From positions 10,518,390-10,582,389 of the forward strand of contig CM082580.2 of assembly GCA_040954595.2 (NCBI GenBank): a DNA stretch of 64,000 nt. The letters run 5' to 3'. Position 1 is the stretch's first letter; each line of letters opens with the position of its first letter. Below, in pieces: positions 27,215 to 40,917 of this stretch. The notes beneath the pieces are model-generated. The model ran no database searches. It was not told the DNA's origin and saw nothing but the letters and a program-made list of their open reading frames with translations. Origin of the DNA: Balanoglossus misakiensis (lineage: Eukaryota; Animalia; Hemichordata). The translations under genes were made by a program, and so were the position numbers.

Positions 27215-28267
27215 TCAAGTTGTGTTTTGTGTTCTTGTGTCCTTTAACACAGTCATCACTGTTGCAAGGGAACAGACAAGGACTATGTGGCCTCCCAGAA
27301 TCTCTAGCCAGCTCACGTTCCGGCCGAACACGACTACATCGGCCAGAAAGTCAATTATCAGCTGTACGTTGAACAACACCGTTACTTTTGCCGCCGATTC
27401 CAGTTGCAAGGCGCGATTAAAGGTGAGGTAGTAGAGCAGGAAAAAGGCTATCATTCCGAACAAGTAACCGATGTTTCTCGGATCCTTCTCCATTGCTTCG
27501 AGTAGAGTGTATTCACTGAAGAAGAAGGTCGTGGGCAAGGTGATGACGATGCCAAGAATGCCGTTATAAATCATAATTACCAGAATGGAGAGATCCTCAC
27601 TCATTGCTTTTGTGCACAGCGCTCCGCAGGAGAACAAACTTCCAGCGATGATGGCCAGCGTGTATCCTCTCCATTCCGATTCCCCTCGCTCGACGAATCC
27701 GAAAATGAAGTTAGGACGCGTGATGAGGATGAGCCCTGCCGCGTTTGCCGCAATTGTGACTATGTCAACGAGTTGACACTTCTCAGAAAGAAATAGGCAG
27801 ACCATGACAGGTGTAATGATCGGAACAAGTCCTATGTAAATGGTGGTCGCGTCACCGATACCGACAAAGATCAGCGAATAATAGAAGAGGAGGTCATCCA
27901 TATTTTCGATGATTCCCTTGGCGATGTTCAACATGGCATCCCTTCTTTGGATATTTAGTAGACTTACGTTGTTGTATAACATGAGCGGTACAATCACGGC
28001 GACCATGACGAGTGACTTCATCAGCAGTTGTTGTGAGGGAGACACTCCGCCAGACACCCCGAGTAGTATGAAGACATCGGATAAACCCAGAAATATTCCT
28101 CCTAGCAGTCCGTAAGTGGCACCAGCCACCGCTTCCCAGCAACGCGGTGCTCTTTTCTCGGCATTTTTATGTCCCAGCTCATCATGGGGCTCCACGTTGA
28201 TTTTGTATGTACCGTTCAGTTTTAAAGTCTCGATATCTTCAATACATATACTTGGTCTTTCATCCAT
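27215..28267 (-). CDS. SLC35G-like transporter, copy 3 (older paralog)
   Basis: 350-aa ORF with the same motifs; diverged N-terminus and central region, with near-identical patches elsewhere. Confidence 0.88.
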   Translation of the reverse strand: MDERPSICIEDIETLKLNGTYKINVEPHDELGHKNAEKRAPRCWEAVAGATYGLLGGIFLGLSDVFILLGVSGGVSPSQQLLMKSLVMVAVIVPLMLYNNVSLLNIQRRDAMLNIAKGIIENMDDLLFYYSLIFVGIGDATTIYIGLVPIITPVMVCLFLSEKCQLVDIVTIAANAAGLILITRPNFIFGFVERGESEWRGYTLAIIAGSLFSCGALCTKAMSEDLSILVIMIYNGILGIVITLPTTFFFSEYTLLEAMEKDPRNIGYLFGMIAFFLLYYLTFNRALQLESAAKVTVLFNVQLIIDFLADVVVFGRNVSWLEILGGHIVLVCSLATVMTVLKDTRTQNTT

Positions 28268-29018
28268 GTTGTCGAATACCCCTCTCTTATGTCGGTTGAT
28301 GTCAAGCGTGCAGATAAATTATCTAAAGCTTAACACGATATAGGTTAATCTGTATGGTAAGAATATGTGCCCGTTTTACCATATCAATGCCCAATTAGAT
28401 TGAAATAGCAAAAATTTGAAATGGGCGAACGTACTCCGGCCAGGATATACCTGCATTTATTACAGCCAACGCTAAAAACAGGTTCAGCTCTATTGTATTA
28501 TGCCCCTGTCCCGTTCATCATATCAGTAAAAACTCTTCATGAATCACAATTAAGGGACTGGTGCATCTATTCCTTTGGCTCGATTTACAATCTGCACTTA
28601 ATAAAGATGTGGTCATTGAGATTGTCATTAAGGACGTTTACAGCGTTTGTCCTTGTTATCTGTATATGAGAACCAAAAAATACACTCGTCGAGTCAATAA
28701 TTGGCGTGAGGGAGCAGGTGTCTGGGTTGGGGATTGGACACGTAGGCTGAAACCATGACCGTAGTTGGCGCCTCAGTGGCCAATATGTGAAGAGGCCATC
28801 GACCCTGTAAGCAGTGGTATAACTTTCATTCATAAAATCAAGTCAACTTTGACATTTTATATTTTTACGTCCACGGTATCATGGTATTACGTATCAGACT
28901 GTAAACTATTAGAGGCTGCGTCCTATGGTTAAGATCTCATGAGGAACTTCATGTTCATATTCTGAAAATCAGGCTCACAAAAATCCAACTTATGTTATGA
29001 TCGATATCGCCTGAATCG

Positions 29019-29496
29019 TCAGTCCAAACAGTGGGAATGACACGAACAGTCGCTGCGTAAACCGTTGGGAATGAAGTATCTGTCTTTTTCTTTCCACACA
29101 ATTCCGGTGATCAGCGTGGAGCTGAGAAGAACCAGAACTACCCCGACGATCTCCCACCACCGTGCACTGTGGTGGAACATCAGCGCCCGGGTGAAGTAGT
29201 TTACGACGACGACGATGGAGGCCAAGAAAGCGACCTTCCCGGCAGTTTCCAGCTGCAGGGCTCGGTTGAAAGACCACAAGTGGGGGACGAAGAGGAGACA
29301 GGCGGCGCTGACGTAGCCGTAGGTGGCCGGGGAGGCGACGAGGGTGTCTATCAGGGGTTTATCGGCGGTGAAATAGACGGCGGGTATGGCGATCACCAAC
29401 CCCGTGAGACCGTTGACGAACATGATGAACGCGACTTGAAGTTCGCGGTCAACTGCGCGGACCATCACCGCCCCGCACGGATATAATAGAGAAGAG
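29019..29496 (-). pseudogene. 3'-half fragment (second EamA repeat) of a divergent SLC35G-like gene
   Basis: SSLLYPCGAVMVRAV...SFNRALQLETAGKV...WWEIVGVVLV aligns with the C-terminal half of copies 1-3. It is preceded by an acceptor-like TTTTTATTAG ending at 29497. No N-terminal half was found before the ABCG stop at 30000. Confidence 0.65.
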
Positions 29497-29999
29497 CTAA
29501 TAAAAATTAAAAATCAAGTTTACAAGAAATATTGCATAATTAGTGAGCAGTATGAGATAAGGGGAGCAACCTGTATGTCCACATTTGTCAAATTGCACGC
29601 TTCAAAATAATACTAGTTTCAAATTGTCTCATGCGACTCATGCGCAGATGAACCGCTCTGATACAGTAATCACGTATTTGGTTCAAAATAGAAAAAGAAT
29701 AAATATGTCTGAAATAGTAGGAAAAGAAGGGTTTTATTCGATAATAAGATAATTATTTACATTCATGGTATGAAAGATAACAAATTATACATATCAACAC
29801 CTTCCTTAAAAAAATCATCCATATCATTCCCGCTATTCCTCGTGTAAATATATGAGTAAATAGTGAAAGGGGCAAAACATCATTAACTTAAGTAGAGACT
29901 GGTTTCTTTATACGAACTTCAATGATATGTGTTTGCCCCCCCCCCCCCCAAAAAAAATGTCGTCCCTATCAAACAATCGCCTTCTCGCCGCTGCCCAGT

Positions 30000-32900
30000 T
30001 CAACGAGAACATCGCGCGGTCGCGCAGTGACGTCGATGGGACGAGACCCTGTAGAGGAGTAGGAGGTAGCCAAGAAGCAGGTACCCAAAGAAGAGGCTGA
30101 TCAGGGCTATCGTGTCAGAAACTACGTTCTCCTGAAATACAAGCAAATGACAGATATATTAGCTCCATAGAGATTTGGTGCTCTGTGTATCATCTCCGTT
30201 CAACGCCATAAACTTTGACGGAAAGCCCAATATTTCCGTAATATTATGTTTTGTGCAAGAAAAAAGGCGTTGCTGTTGATTTCGATTAATGACAGCATCA
30301 GGTTCAAGGACGGACCTATTTCCTGGTAGATCTATAGAGGTTTAGTCAGCTTTTCTTACCGGACTATACCCTAGGCTATTGAGGAGTTGTTCGCCAGTGG
30401 TAACACACTCCGGCATGTAAGAAGTACTGCAGTCCAGACTTTCCTGCCCATTCCATTCGTTGACGTTCAACAATTCATATCCATAATAAAACCAACTCGT
30501 GTACTTTAACCAGTACATGTAACCTGGTATTGACCTGTGGAAATTATCAAAAAATAATGCCATGATGACTGGCGGGGATATTGTAAACCTGGCTATATAA
30601 TAGGGTCGTTATCAATGCGTTGTAACAGTATGTACAAATTCTGGTATGTCTCCAATTGTCTGCCAGTCTATGTATGTTATCGTTCGGTCAGTCAGTGAGT
30701 CGGTCAGTCAGATTAAACACAATTCGGCAGATTCAAAAATGGAACCGTTCTACTTACTCGGGTCTGATGAAGAATCCGCCGACGATGATCATGGGCAGAA
30801 GGATTGATTGCGCTATTGCCAGGACGACCGTGACATTATCGCTTGTCATTGACACAAACATTCCTAGCGAGAAACAAACAAACAAACAAACGAACAAAGA
30901 CACGTGAATTTTCACAATCGAGATCATGTATTAATCTTGATTTGCTTTGTTGTTCGGTTGAATTGCCCAGAGGTCTAGCAGACTGCTCTTGGTAGACTGA
31001 ATTGTGTTCAGTCATTGAAAATCTTCAACTAGTTAATTAAAATGTTAATATGAGAAAGGATATTAATGTAAGTTCTCACCAAATGCAAAACCGACTCCGG
31101 ATGTTAGGAACGTAATAAGGCAACATCCCAAAAAGCGACCGAAATCTGAAGATAAACCTGTTATTGAAAATAGCAAAATAAGAGATTTTCATTGACTATT
31201 GTGCTTGTTATAGTTATCATTGCTACAACGTTTTAAAAATTCACGTAATTACTCACATACGTATAGATTTCCATGTACATGTAGTTAAAACCTCTTAACA
31301 TGTGCAGTAAAGTTAACCCTTACGACTTACCAACCATCCAATATGAAACCAGTATGTACACTCCTTTACATAGAACCAGCGATGGTATCTGTAGAGAAAA
31401 TGTAGCAAGTATTATTAGAACGCCAAAATAAAAACAAAACAAATCCCAATGTTAAATTCCGTGTTATGTTTGTACGAAATGAAACGCTATGACAATTTTT
31501 ACTTCACCTCAGCCAGGACTCGAGAGAAGAAATACGCTGCTGTGTTGTACATCCCGGTGTGATATTCTCGTAGAAAGACCGGCACTTCCATCGGCAGGAC
31601 CTAAGTATAGAAAGAAAGGGATACGTAAAATATGCCCTCTTAAAATACATTGACGACATTCGGTTCGATGTTCCATATGAGGATATGTTTATACTTTATG
31701 GTTACAGTAACAAAATAAAGCACGCATTGACAGTATTTTACATATTTATTCCACAATTAGGGTAAACCATAACAACGCAAAAAATCAAAATGTGCTGCTC
31801 TTTGAATTATCGTTCACAAACCACGTAGCGTTCTTCAAACTAACCTGCACTATGGCGAATACCGTTTCCGACGCCAAGAGAATGAGCATTAAGGCCAGGT
31901 ATCCGGTAACATTCTGCACGTTTTCCGTGTGCCTCTGGTCGAGATAACACAGGCCGAAGAAGAGACCCGAAAGAATGTGGGCCGGTATACGAGTTTTCAG
32001 CGATGCCTGGTCACGGACCACAGAGCGACAGCTTCGACGTAAAAGCAGTGTGAATTGCGTCCACCATGACGACTTGTACCTGTGGGTATACAATATATGT
32101 ATCTGTCAAAAAGTGCTGACATGAATGCTTTAGATAGGTGCCGTTTGGCCACTGCCCCAGGCCACATGTAAGAATGGACACTAATATAGTATGGCCGACT
32201 TACGAAGACAAGACCGCCTTGGATTCGCCTTCTTCCTCGACAGGAACATCCGTCGACGTCATCATGCGAATCTTAGTCTCCACGTCGGCTCGTACAGCCG
32301 AGTTTTCGTACAGGTCGCAAATGTTCTGCAACAAAAAATAGCACTGCAGTTGGGCAACTCCTGAGGGCGTGAAGAACTGGCAAACAAACGACAAGTTGAG
32401 GAGTCTGACTTAAGAGTGTATTTTACATATTAATATATTCGCCGCGACTGTTGTTTCAGAAAAGTTGAAGGAACTTCAAAATAAAGCGATTACAAGCCTT
32501 CTGTGCCTCCATATACCTGTATTCTCTGCTTGCTGATTTCCTCCTGGTCTGGAACTACCGAGAGCAGAAGGATGAAGAAATCTTGAGGCGAGAAGGTGTA
32601 CGGGCAGAGATAACCGCGCTCGGCGAAGTAGCGGATCGCCTCGTTCGACGGTCCCAGATATGCGCACTGGCCGTCCACTATCAACAGAACCCTGGAATTT
32701 CAAAAATTGAATATATTTTTCTACAATCGTTTACAGCAGAAACACGTTGGTGGCTAAGTATGTTCTCAATACATCTACATTAGTATACCAGGGTACTTAC
32801 TCGTCGAAGAGATTGTACATGGACGATGGGGGCTGGTGAACGGTGGTGATTATAGTCTTGCCCTGGGCAGCCAGGCCTTTCAAAGTTCTCATAACATTGT

Positions 32901-35858
32901 CAGCCATGTAGGAATCTAAGCCACAGGTTGGTTCGTCACACAGCATTATGTACGGATCTGTCAGTAACTGCAAAATGGTAATGACACTGTAAGGTTAGCT
33001 TTCCTTATTCAGTGTGGGACGTCGGCATAGAAGAATATTCATGAACTAAAAGACAGGTTAACTACTAGTACATAATACGGTTTAGGGTCACCGATTCAAA
33101 TTTGAGCTCTACCTCTGTCGCGAACGACAATCTTTTCTTCTCCCCACCGGATAAATCTTTTATTTTGCTTTCGGATACGTCGCCAAGACCAAGCTGAATC
33201 AGAGCTGTGTTAATCTTTTCCTCTCGTGACCTCGGTGACGTGTCCGCCTCCATACGTAGGATAGCCTGTGTTGGAAATTTAAACATGTTAGTCTATCAGT
33301 AACAGGTTAATGTGTATATATTATGCTGATGATGGTGATGAAACGCAAAATGGAAGAAACGTCAATTACAACTAGTCTGAAATGTTGTTAATACCGCTGC
33401 AGACTGTTATAAAATCAACTTACATGAAAGTTTAAATGTTCCCTCGCTGTTATAGCTTGGATGAAAAGATCAACCTGTTCAACATAAGCTATGCTTCGTT
33501 TGCTGAACGCAGTGGTGACTGGATTCCCATTGGCTGTGACTGCGCCCTCGATGAACAGGTTGCCTTGGAGATGTTCCCTTCCCGACAGCACGTTGAGTAA
33601 TGTCGTTTTGCCAGACCCACTGTTGATATATGTATAGATGAAGTGAGTCAATTTCAGACGAAGTAGCAACAAAAATGCATATACATAGTCTAGCTTGTAC
33701 GGCTTAATTGTCGAACGTTCATCGTTGGTGTCGTCATTTTCGAGTGGATGTTGACAATATTTTTTTTCAAAGAGCATTTGTCATGAAAGCAACTATCAGA
33801 AGTTACTTTATGGTCTTCAGAAAAAAAATACAATTCATGATGTCCTACCTCGCTCCCATAATGGCCAGGATATGCCCCGGTTCCGCCAAACCAGACACTG
33901 TCAAGAGAACGCAAAACTGTTGTCATGTCAACCAACCGGGCGTACAGAATATCATGCAGACGCACGTGACTCGATCGGACCATAAAATACGCTGCGGTGA
34001 TATATGACCAGGTGACCTTGTAGAACAGTTGTTTTCTCCATAATGACACGTTAATGATAATTTTTGAAGCGCTACAACGTCTGGCATCCATGATTTATCC
34101 ACGGGACAAGTGACAACTGTTCCCGTCGTAACACCTGAACGGCCGGGTACGTTAGTTTCGCAGGCCGTACCATTATGGGTGTATAGCTGCAGTCAGTGGG
34201 ATGACTGGGCGCCAATGAGCGATGCCCGCACACGTTGTTACACAAGGCAACAATGGACTCGCATAACGCATTGTACACACCGGTATATTATACTGTTAAG
34301 GTCTCTTTCATCGAGCCAAAGAATGAAGCACAAACGAATGAAGAATTCAGAACGACGTTATGTAACCCACGGTTTGAAGTACGGGAAGGGCAACAGGTAT
34401 AACAACATACCTCCATGCAGTACAGTCTTTGGATTCGGCGGTTCCTCGTCTGTCCCACGCAGTCTTTTCAACTTCTCGTAGCATCTCTCCTCCGGCGGCA
34501 TGGCCGTGGCGTGGATGTCTGTCCATGTCAGCACGTATGGGCCCTTGCGGCGCCTTCTCTGTTCTGCTATGTCTGTCTGTATTCGAAGCCGGCGAATTAG
34601 TATTAACTCAACAATTTTCGATGAAAATTAAATTTAAAGGAAACATCATATCGTGGCAACTTTCTCGCGTAAGCCGTCTTGCATTCACTTGCTTTCGATA
34701 ACGGCACTTTTCCATTTGTGTTACATGTATTGTGATTTCATACAATTGAAAACAACACATTTATCACCCCCCCCCCGAATTGAAACCATTACTGTTCTTC
34801 GCAGTCATTTTTCACAGTCATGTTTGGTACCACCCAGTGACACCGGGTGGTTCGCATTAATTAGCATATGTCCGACATCACAGCCTTTTGTGTAAACGTA
34901 CGCGACTATATATCATCTCTCTTATTATAATAGATGTTAAATGAGAACAATATTCAAACTAGTGATGTCGCAGCTTGTATTCCTGGTGACGGAAAGCCGA
35001 TGAAAATTGGCAGAGTTGCTAATCATCTACTAGTATTTAATATGTCATGTGATGAAAATATCAAACCGCCGACGTGGGTGGTTTCGTGAAATATGCATTG
35101 CATTTTACCGCTATAATATAGTTGGATATTAATCTCAAAGTAGGACGCTCTCTTTGCGTATACAGTTCACAAATACTCAACAGTGTTCCGTAGCAATTCA
35201 GAAACAACGCACTAAATTGCCCAACCCAACCAGAACGTCCCGGCGGCGACGGGACAATGGAAAATGCCGGTACCCAGGAAAGTTTAGCTAAATCAGGCAC
35301 AGACGGCTGTATGCAACTGCTCGTTTCCACCCCCTTCACCGCCACATTGAAAAAACAAACAGAAAAAATAATGATAAAATGCGTTTTGACGCGCCGACTC
35401 ATAGATGCTATTAATAGACGATGCGAGCACGTTCTGTTTTTTTATGGGCGTGGCGATATTAATAACACCAAGAGTGCCATACTACAGAAATAACCGTGCT
35501 ACCAACTTTGTGTAAATTTAATTAACTCATAGTTTCCAGCTTATGAATTTACACTGCAGAATAACGCACACATGTAGTACTCTTACTCAGATAAAAATAT
35601 TAATTTTCCAAAGGATTGAAACAAAAGGGACATTTAAAGCCTAAAATAAATAATATAAACAAGTCTGTAATATTACAGCGTTTCAGAAAGTATTGGGGTG
35701 TTGGTGAAATCGGTGACTATAAAACATGTCAGTTTGGCCAAACATAGGCTGTCTGCAAATTGTTGAATATATTTACCGAGGACCGGCGACATGTTTAGAG
35801 TACATGTACTTACCAGTTCGAACTCCATGAACCGACGAATCTCAGCCAGAGACGCCAT
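30000..35858 (-). CDS. ABCG half-transporter, white/scarlet-like, ~649 aa, 15 coding exons
   Basis: Exons 35858-35814, 34576-34411, 33897-33849, 33619-33424, 33265-33113, 32967-32801, 32691-32517, 32325-32204, 32079-31845, 31600-31508, 31388-31331, 31157-31080, 30863-30758, 30534-30360, 30131-30000 join in frame. Walker A GASGSGKTT, signature [12 protein letters not shown], Walker B/D-loop [12 protein letters not shown]-loop TVHQP, then the ABC2 membrane domain ([25 protein letters not shown]). Confidence 0.95.
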
Positions 35859-36986
35859 TGCTTGACTGCAGTGTGCCGACTAGGAAGTCCGACGTCACGC
35901 TCACCAAATTATGAATATTCATAAATTAGAGCACATCACAGTACCATCACATTTTTTTCAATGAGTATGTCAACTGTTTTCATCCACGCAGGCAATAATG
36001 GTTGCAATGCCTACGTTGTGTTATAACAGTGTCCACGAAGTGTTTGTGTTGTATTGAAATGGTACCTGCATGTTAATGCACGTAGACCAGGGTGTATGGT
36101 TAGTGTAGGCCTGCCCGGTTCCAATTGTTCTCTGCAGTACAACGCAGACAAAGAAAAATATTCTCTCTTTGTCTGTCTGTGTAGCATACAGGTGGGGCTT
36201 GGAAGGAGGCTGTACTGATTGCAAATTAATGATTGACACCAAGCCAATCACTGGTCGCGCAGCAATTCATGTACCGTGCCGAGCAAGCAAACATTTTCTC
36301 TAAGTATACTGGCACATGCATGGAGCTGCCACAGTGCATGTAAGGGAAAATGTTTGGCATATTAACGTTGTTTTATATCCAGACTATTTATAAAGCTCAG
36401 TCCCCATCGCTCTCTTGTACTGTTTATGCTGAAACCTACTACAGTACATGTACTGTACATGTATTTGCTTCAGATACTAATAATAGCACATCCATTCATA
36501 CTCCCCGATATCGAGCTGGTTCAGTCAGCGCTGAAAACCCTATAGCCCCATCAGTCGTTCTCTCGCACTCTATTCCCGACCATTGTCAGCCCACTGACGT
36601 GGTCGATACGTCTTTCCAGTCGCGTGAGGGCGCGTGGCCGGGTTTGCCTGCCGGGTGTTTTCCGTTTAATCATTAAACACATGGCAGCAAATGTAAATAA
36701 TTTCTTCCAAAGGTTATGTTTACCATTTACGTTGATACACAGACATACATACATGTATAGCATATCTGTACGCCGTCTTCGTACTGCCTGGGATGTGAAC
36801 AAAATGGCGAACGCAAGGCGATGCGTCTGTACTCGCTAGCCGAGGGCAGCGATGTAGCCTGGTTCGGTGGTTTCTGAAGCGCACGGTCCCTGTAGTGTCA
36901 AAAGTGATCCAGAAGTGTTCAACTGTTGCTTTCTTATTGGACAAAGAGATGTAGATCGGTTAGTACACACTGGAACGTTCGTTGAA

Positions 36987-39527
36987 ATGTTTCGAAGACT
37001 TCGAAAATGCTGCCATTTTCTAACCGTCGTGCTTGTGGTGGCGTCACTCGTGACTATGGCTGTATACCACAGCAACTTTGCGGCCCGTTGGTTACATGGA
37101 ATTAAGCACAGCCAAGGATTCGTTGGGCGGAGGAATTCTCTGCTAGTCCAAGGCCCTCCCCTGGAAGTGTAAGTATCTCACATGATTAGTACTAGGATTC
37201 CATGTCTCGATACTAGTAAATTGAGGCAAATCGTTTTCAGATGCCTTGTTGAAAATCCGAATTCCGATCACAAGTTGCTTGGTCCCGATCCACCACTTTA
37301 AATGTCTATCCATCCAAACGTTTATCTGAACGTATACATGAACGATTCCTTCAGCAGATGGCCAGAACATCCACTGTCTATGGGGAACGACCGTCAAAAT
37401 GTCGCCACCAACGCCGTGGGTGGAAACGCGGCGGATGGCAAAGACGACAACAGAAACGAGGAAGAGGGTGAGTAACCCCCCCCCCCCAAATAGATATAAC
37501 CTAGGGGTGGGTTAGCTGTGTTGACAGTTCATCAAACAAGATGGCGACACAAAGAAGCAATTCAATGACTGTGTTTATGTTTTCTGAGGTCAGTGTGCAA
37601 AGCACATCGTAATTAGTTATAGACGTTTTGTTTTTCTCTGTTGCGCTTTCACCTCAAAACAAATGGTTTGCTGCTTTTGTCCGCAGATGGCGTCTCTCTT
37701 GAAAAATTGAAGGATTATGCCTACAACGTTTCCTTGCCATGGCATCAGAACTTCACAGCACTCGACTCAATAAGGTATAAAGAGGTTAAACGTTGTTGTG
37801 AAATTCTTTATTTTTCAAAAGTAAGATATAAGGAATCTTGCAATTTATTCACTCGACTAATGTTATTCCCCCCTTCTCTCTCTCTCTCTCTCTGTTGTTC
37901 TCGTCGTTCGTAGGTTAGCACTTGAAAAAAATCTCACAGCTCTGCGCGGAAGCATCGTGACGAAGGAGAACACCCCGCCCGGAAGCAGTCTGCATTTTTC
38001 GGCTTGGCCTGGCGTGGCTGCAATAACCGAGAAAGTCCACCAGCTGTTTCCAAAGGTGAGGATATGAAAGACATCGACGTAGCAAGTCGACGGGTCAACG
38101 TGTATCAGAATGCCGAACGACCAAAATAACTTCCCACACAAAACTGTACAATAACTAAATTATCAAAATAATAATTGTCTTGCTTTCTCCTTGTGCAGAC
38201 GTCACCGTTTCCGACAGAGCGGATGAAGCGCTGTAGTGTTATCGGCAACAGCGGTATCTTGCTCAACAGTAACTGTGGCAACGAGATTGACAAGGCGGAA
38301 TACGTATTCAGGTAATACACGTGAAAATCTTGAATTATTTTCGATGATTGCGCCGGTGACGTTCAAATCAAGAAGGCTGTCAATTTCTGTGAATGTACAC
38401 ACGCACACCGACAAAAACTCGATAAAAAAGTCAGTAAATGATTTTCTGCTTTGATTTTACATTTGCCCATGATTTGATCCAGTGCCTTTATGTCTTTAAA
38501 CGCCAAGGTGCAACGCTGCCCCAATTTCACAGTTTTCGGAAGACGCTGGCAAGAAAACCAATTTAACCACAATTAACAAAAGTATACTTCATGACAGGTA
38601 AAGTTTAAGATTGTTTGATATTTCAGCAGCCTTTTGCTCTATACCACCACCACAACCGCCGCCACCACCACCATTCAAAAGTGTTTTTCACCCGAGATGG
38701 ATTCCAAAGGCATATTGTACATTCATAATACACGTCAGTCAGGGGATCCGGGATATCACTGTGTAAAATTCCTGCTGTTATTTTCCACAGGTATATGGCG
38801 CTGAAGAGTTTAGATTTCCAGTTTCAGTTTCAAAATGACATGAAGGAGTACAGCGGTTTGATTTGGATCCCAGCCTTCGCAAATCGACCGTCCCTCGAAG
38901 ATTGTTACAATGCCAAGCGCACTTTCCAGTCGCAGACGTCAGATATCGTTTTCGGACACCCGCAGCATTTCATGCAAATATCAAAGTACTGGGCGTCACG
39001 TGGTGTCAAAGGAATTCTAACAACAGGTGTGAATATAATAGTATGTTGATCAATTTCCATTGACACTATTGAACTGGAAAACCTGCCCGACTTTCTGTCA
39101 ACCAACCAACCAACCAACCAACCAACCATCCAGCCAGAGTCAGTCAGTCAGTCAATACAGTAAAACATGTAGACCAATTCATAACAGGTCAATCGGGCAA
39201 CTATCCAAACTAATTTGTTGCTGAAGACCAAATCATTATTTCCAGTATACCAGTACATGTACTAGTAAATGGCATTTTTCCTTCTACTTTTCTGTAGGAT
39301 TTTACCTCCTCGGTTTGGCGCTCAATCTCTGCGAAGAGACTCACGTGTTCGGCTTTTGGCCGTTTCTGAAGGACCCGGATGACAAGGCCCTCAAGTTTCA
39401 CTACTACGACGAGGTTGGATTCGAAAAGAGGACGAAAAGAATCCACGAAATCCCGCGAGAGTTCGAAGTCATTCACGGGCTTCACCAGCGAGGAGTCTTG
39501 AGAATGCATATTGGAAAGTGTCCATGA
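36987..39527 (+). CDS. Alpha-2,8-sialyltransferase (ST8Sia family, GT29)
   Basis: Exons 36987-37168, 37358-37467, 37687-37774, 37914-38055, 38199-38311, 38508-38597, 38791-39026, 39298-39527. Type II TM anchor; sialylmotif L ([29 protein letters not shown]...EDAGKKT), motif S (TTGFYLLGLALNLCEETHVFGFWPF), motif III (HYYD), motif VS (HEIPRE) and the ST8Sia-typical C-terminal Cys (IGKCP*). AATAAA at 39702. Confidence 0.95.
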
Positions 39528-39751
39528 CATGCACTTGGACTTAAATGCCCACGTTTCTTGGCAGCGGCATTTCATTGCGTAAACAATAGGCCGTGTCATA
39601 GTTTCTGGTGCAACTTTGAGCGCGGTAATTGATATACAGCCTAACACCCGCTCTATAGTTTATCAAGGGTGTAGGCCTATGTTTTCTGCGAATTCATTAT
39701 GAATAAAAATCGCGAACAAGGGTGGCGTGACTGTACGCCGTGACACAGTTT

Positions 39752-39767
39752 CTTTCGCTTTCGTTTC
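39752..39767. promoter_or_regulatory. ISRE/IRF-E-like element, copy 1
   Basis: CTTTCGCTTTCGTTTC (GAAACGAAAGCGAAAG on the minus strand; three GAAA cores). A donor-like CAAG|GTGGGT follows at 39877. Confidence 0.5.
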
Positions 39768-40668
39768 GGAAGTTCGACGGAAATATAAAGCTTATATAAG
39801 TCTGTGTTAGTTCAGTTTTTTATTCAAACACATCGCAGACTCGCATACGGAGTGAGATCAAGCTACTTGACAGCAAGGTGGGTGCACACTCATGGCAAAT
39901 GTCCAGCCCTGGATAAATCGCCAAAACTCAGAAAACTTTATACATTATCATATTGTGAAACCTGAGTTCGCCCAACATGGCGTGAGCATATAACATCAGA
40001 ATTGTTGTGACAAAATGTCTGTCCTTTTGCATTTGGCCAGTCCTTTGTTGATAAAGTTTGGACGGTGAAAATTCTGCGTATGATCACGGTGACAGTGGTA
40101 AACGATGTTGCCGATGTGGAGTGGGGGTATGTCGTCGTGATCGCTTAAAGTGTCCGGACGTATAATGTATTGGCGATCGGCAACGAATCTCGGCCTTTTT
40201 TCTTAACAAACAGGAACAAAGGGTCTGTGTTTAGCTTAGCTGCCAGAATGAATCGTCCCAGTGTAATTTTACACTCAAGTATTCCTCCATTAACCGTCCT
40301 AAAATGCCTAGCGATCAGCAATATATGGCGGTATTTTGTGAAAAAAGGGGTACAACTGCCTACACTGGTATACACTTTTCTGAAAAAGTGGCACGGCTTC
40401 CTACCGATTCAGTGACTCGCATACAACACTGGCAGGCGCAATAATAGAGCTTCGAACAAAAAAGGTCAGGCTCTTTGACATTCTTGACCTTTCAACGTGC
40501 ATTCTTCCGTGAACCCCATAAAGGACTCCGAAAAAATGTCAACATTCGGACTTCAGTCAGTAGCAGTCATTGTCAAACCAATACTATTACAAAAACAGAA
40601 ACACTACTACAGGATCAAGAATTTTCCGTGCAATACACGCCAGCGAAAACAAAAATACGAGATTTAAC

Positions 40669-40684
40669 CTTTCGCTTTCGTTTC
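40669..40684. promoter_or_regulatory. ISRE/IRF-E-like element, copy 2
   Basis: Identical 16-mer about 50 bp upstream of the donor AAAG|GTAAAT (40733) of a putative 5'UTR exon of the downstream ORF. Confidence 0.55.
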
Positions 40685-40917
40685 TATTCACAGAGGTCAG
40701 ATACGTAGTCAACCACCTTGAGTACGCATAAAGGTAAATGTAGGATAGGTTTCTTTTCTCTCAAACATTTGCAAGTAGAATGTACGTATTGATACGTATT
40801 AAGCCTATAAAAAGAAACGAAAATACTGTAGAATATCAAAAGTGGGCGACTTGGTCTTCAGTTTTAACGACAAACACCAAATACCACGTTGTTCATTTTT
40901 TTCGCGCCAGCCGCAAA

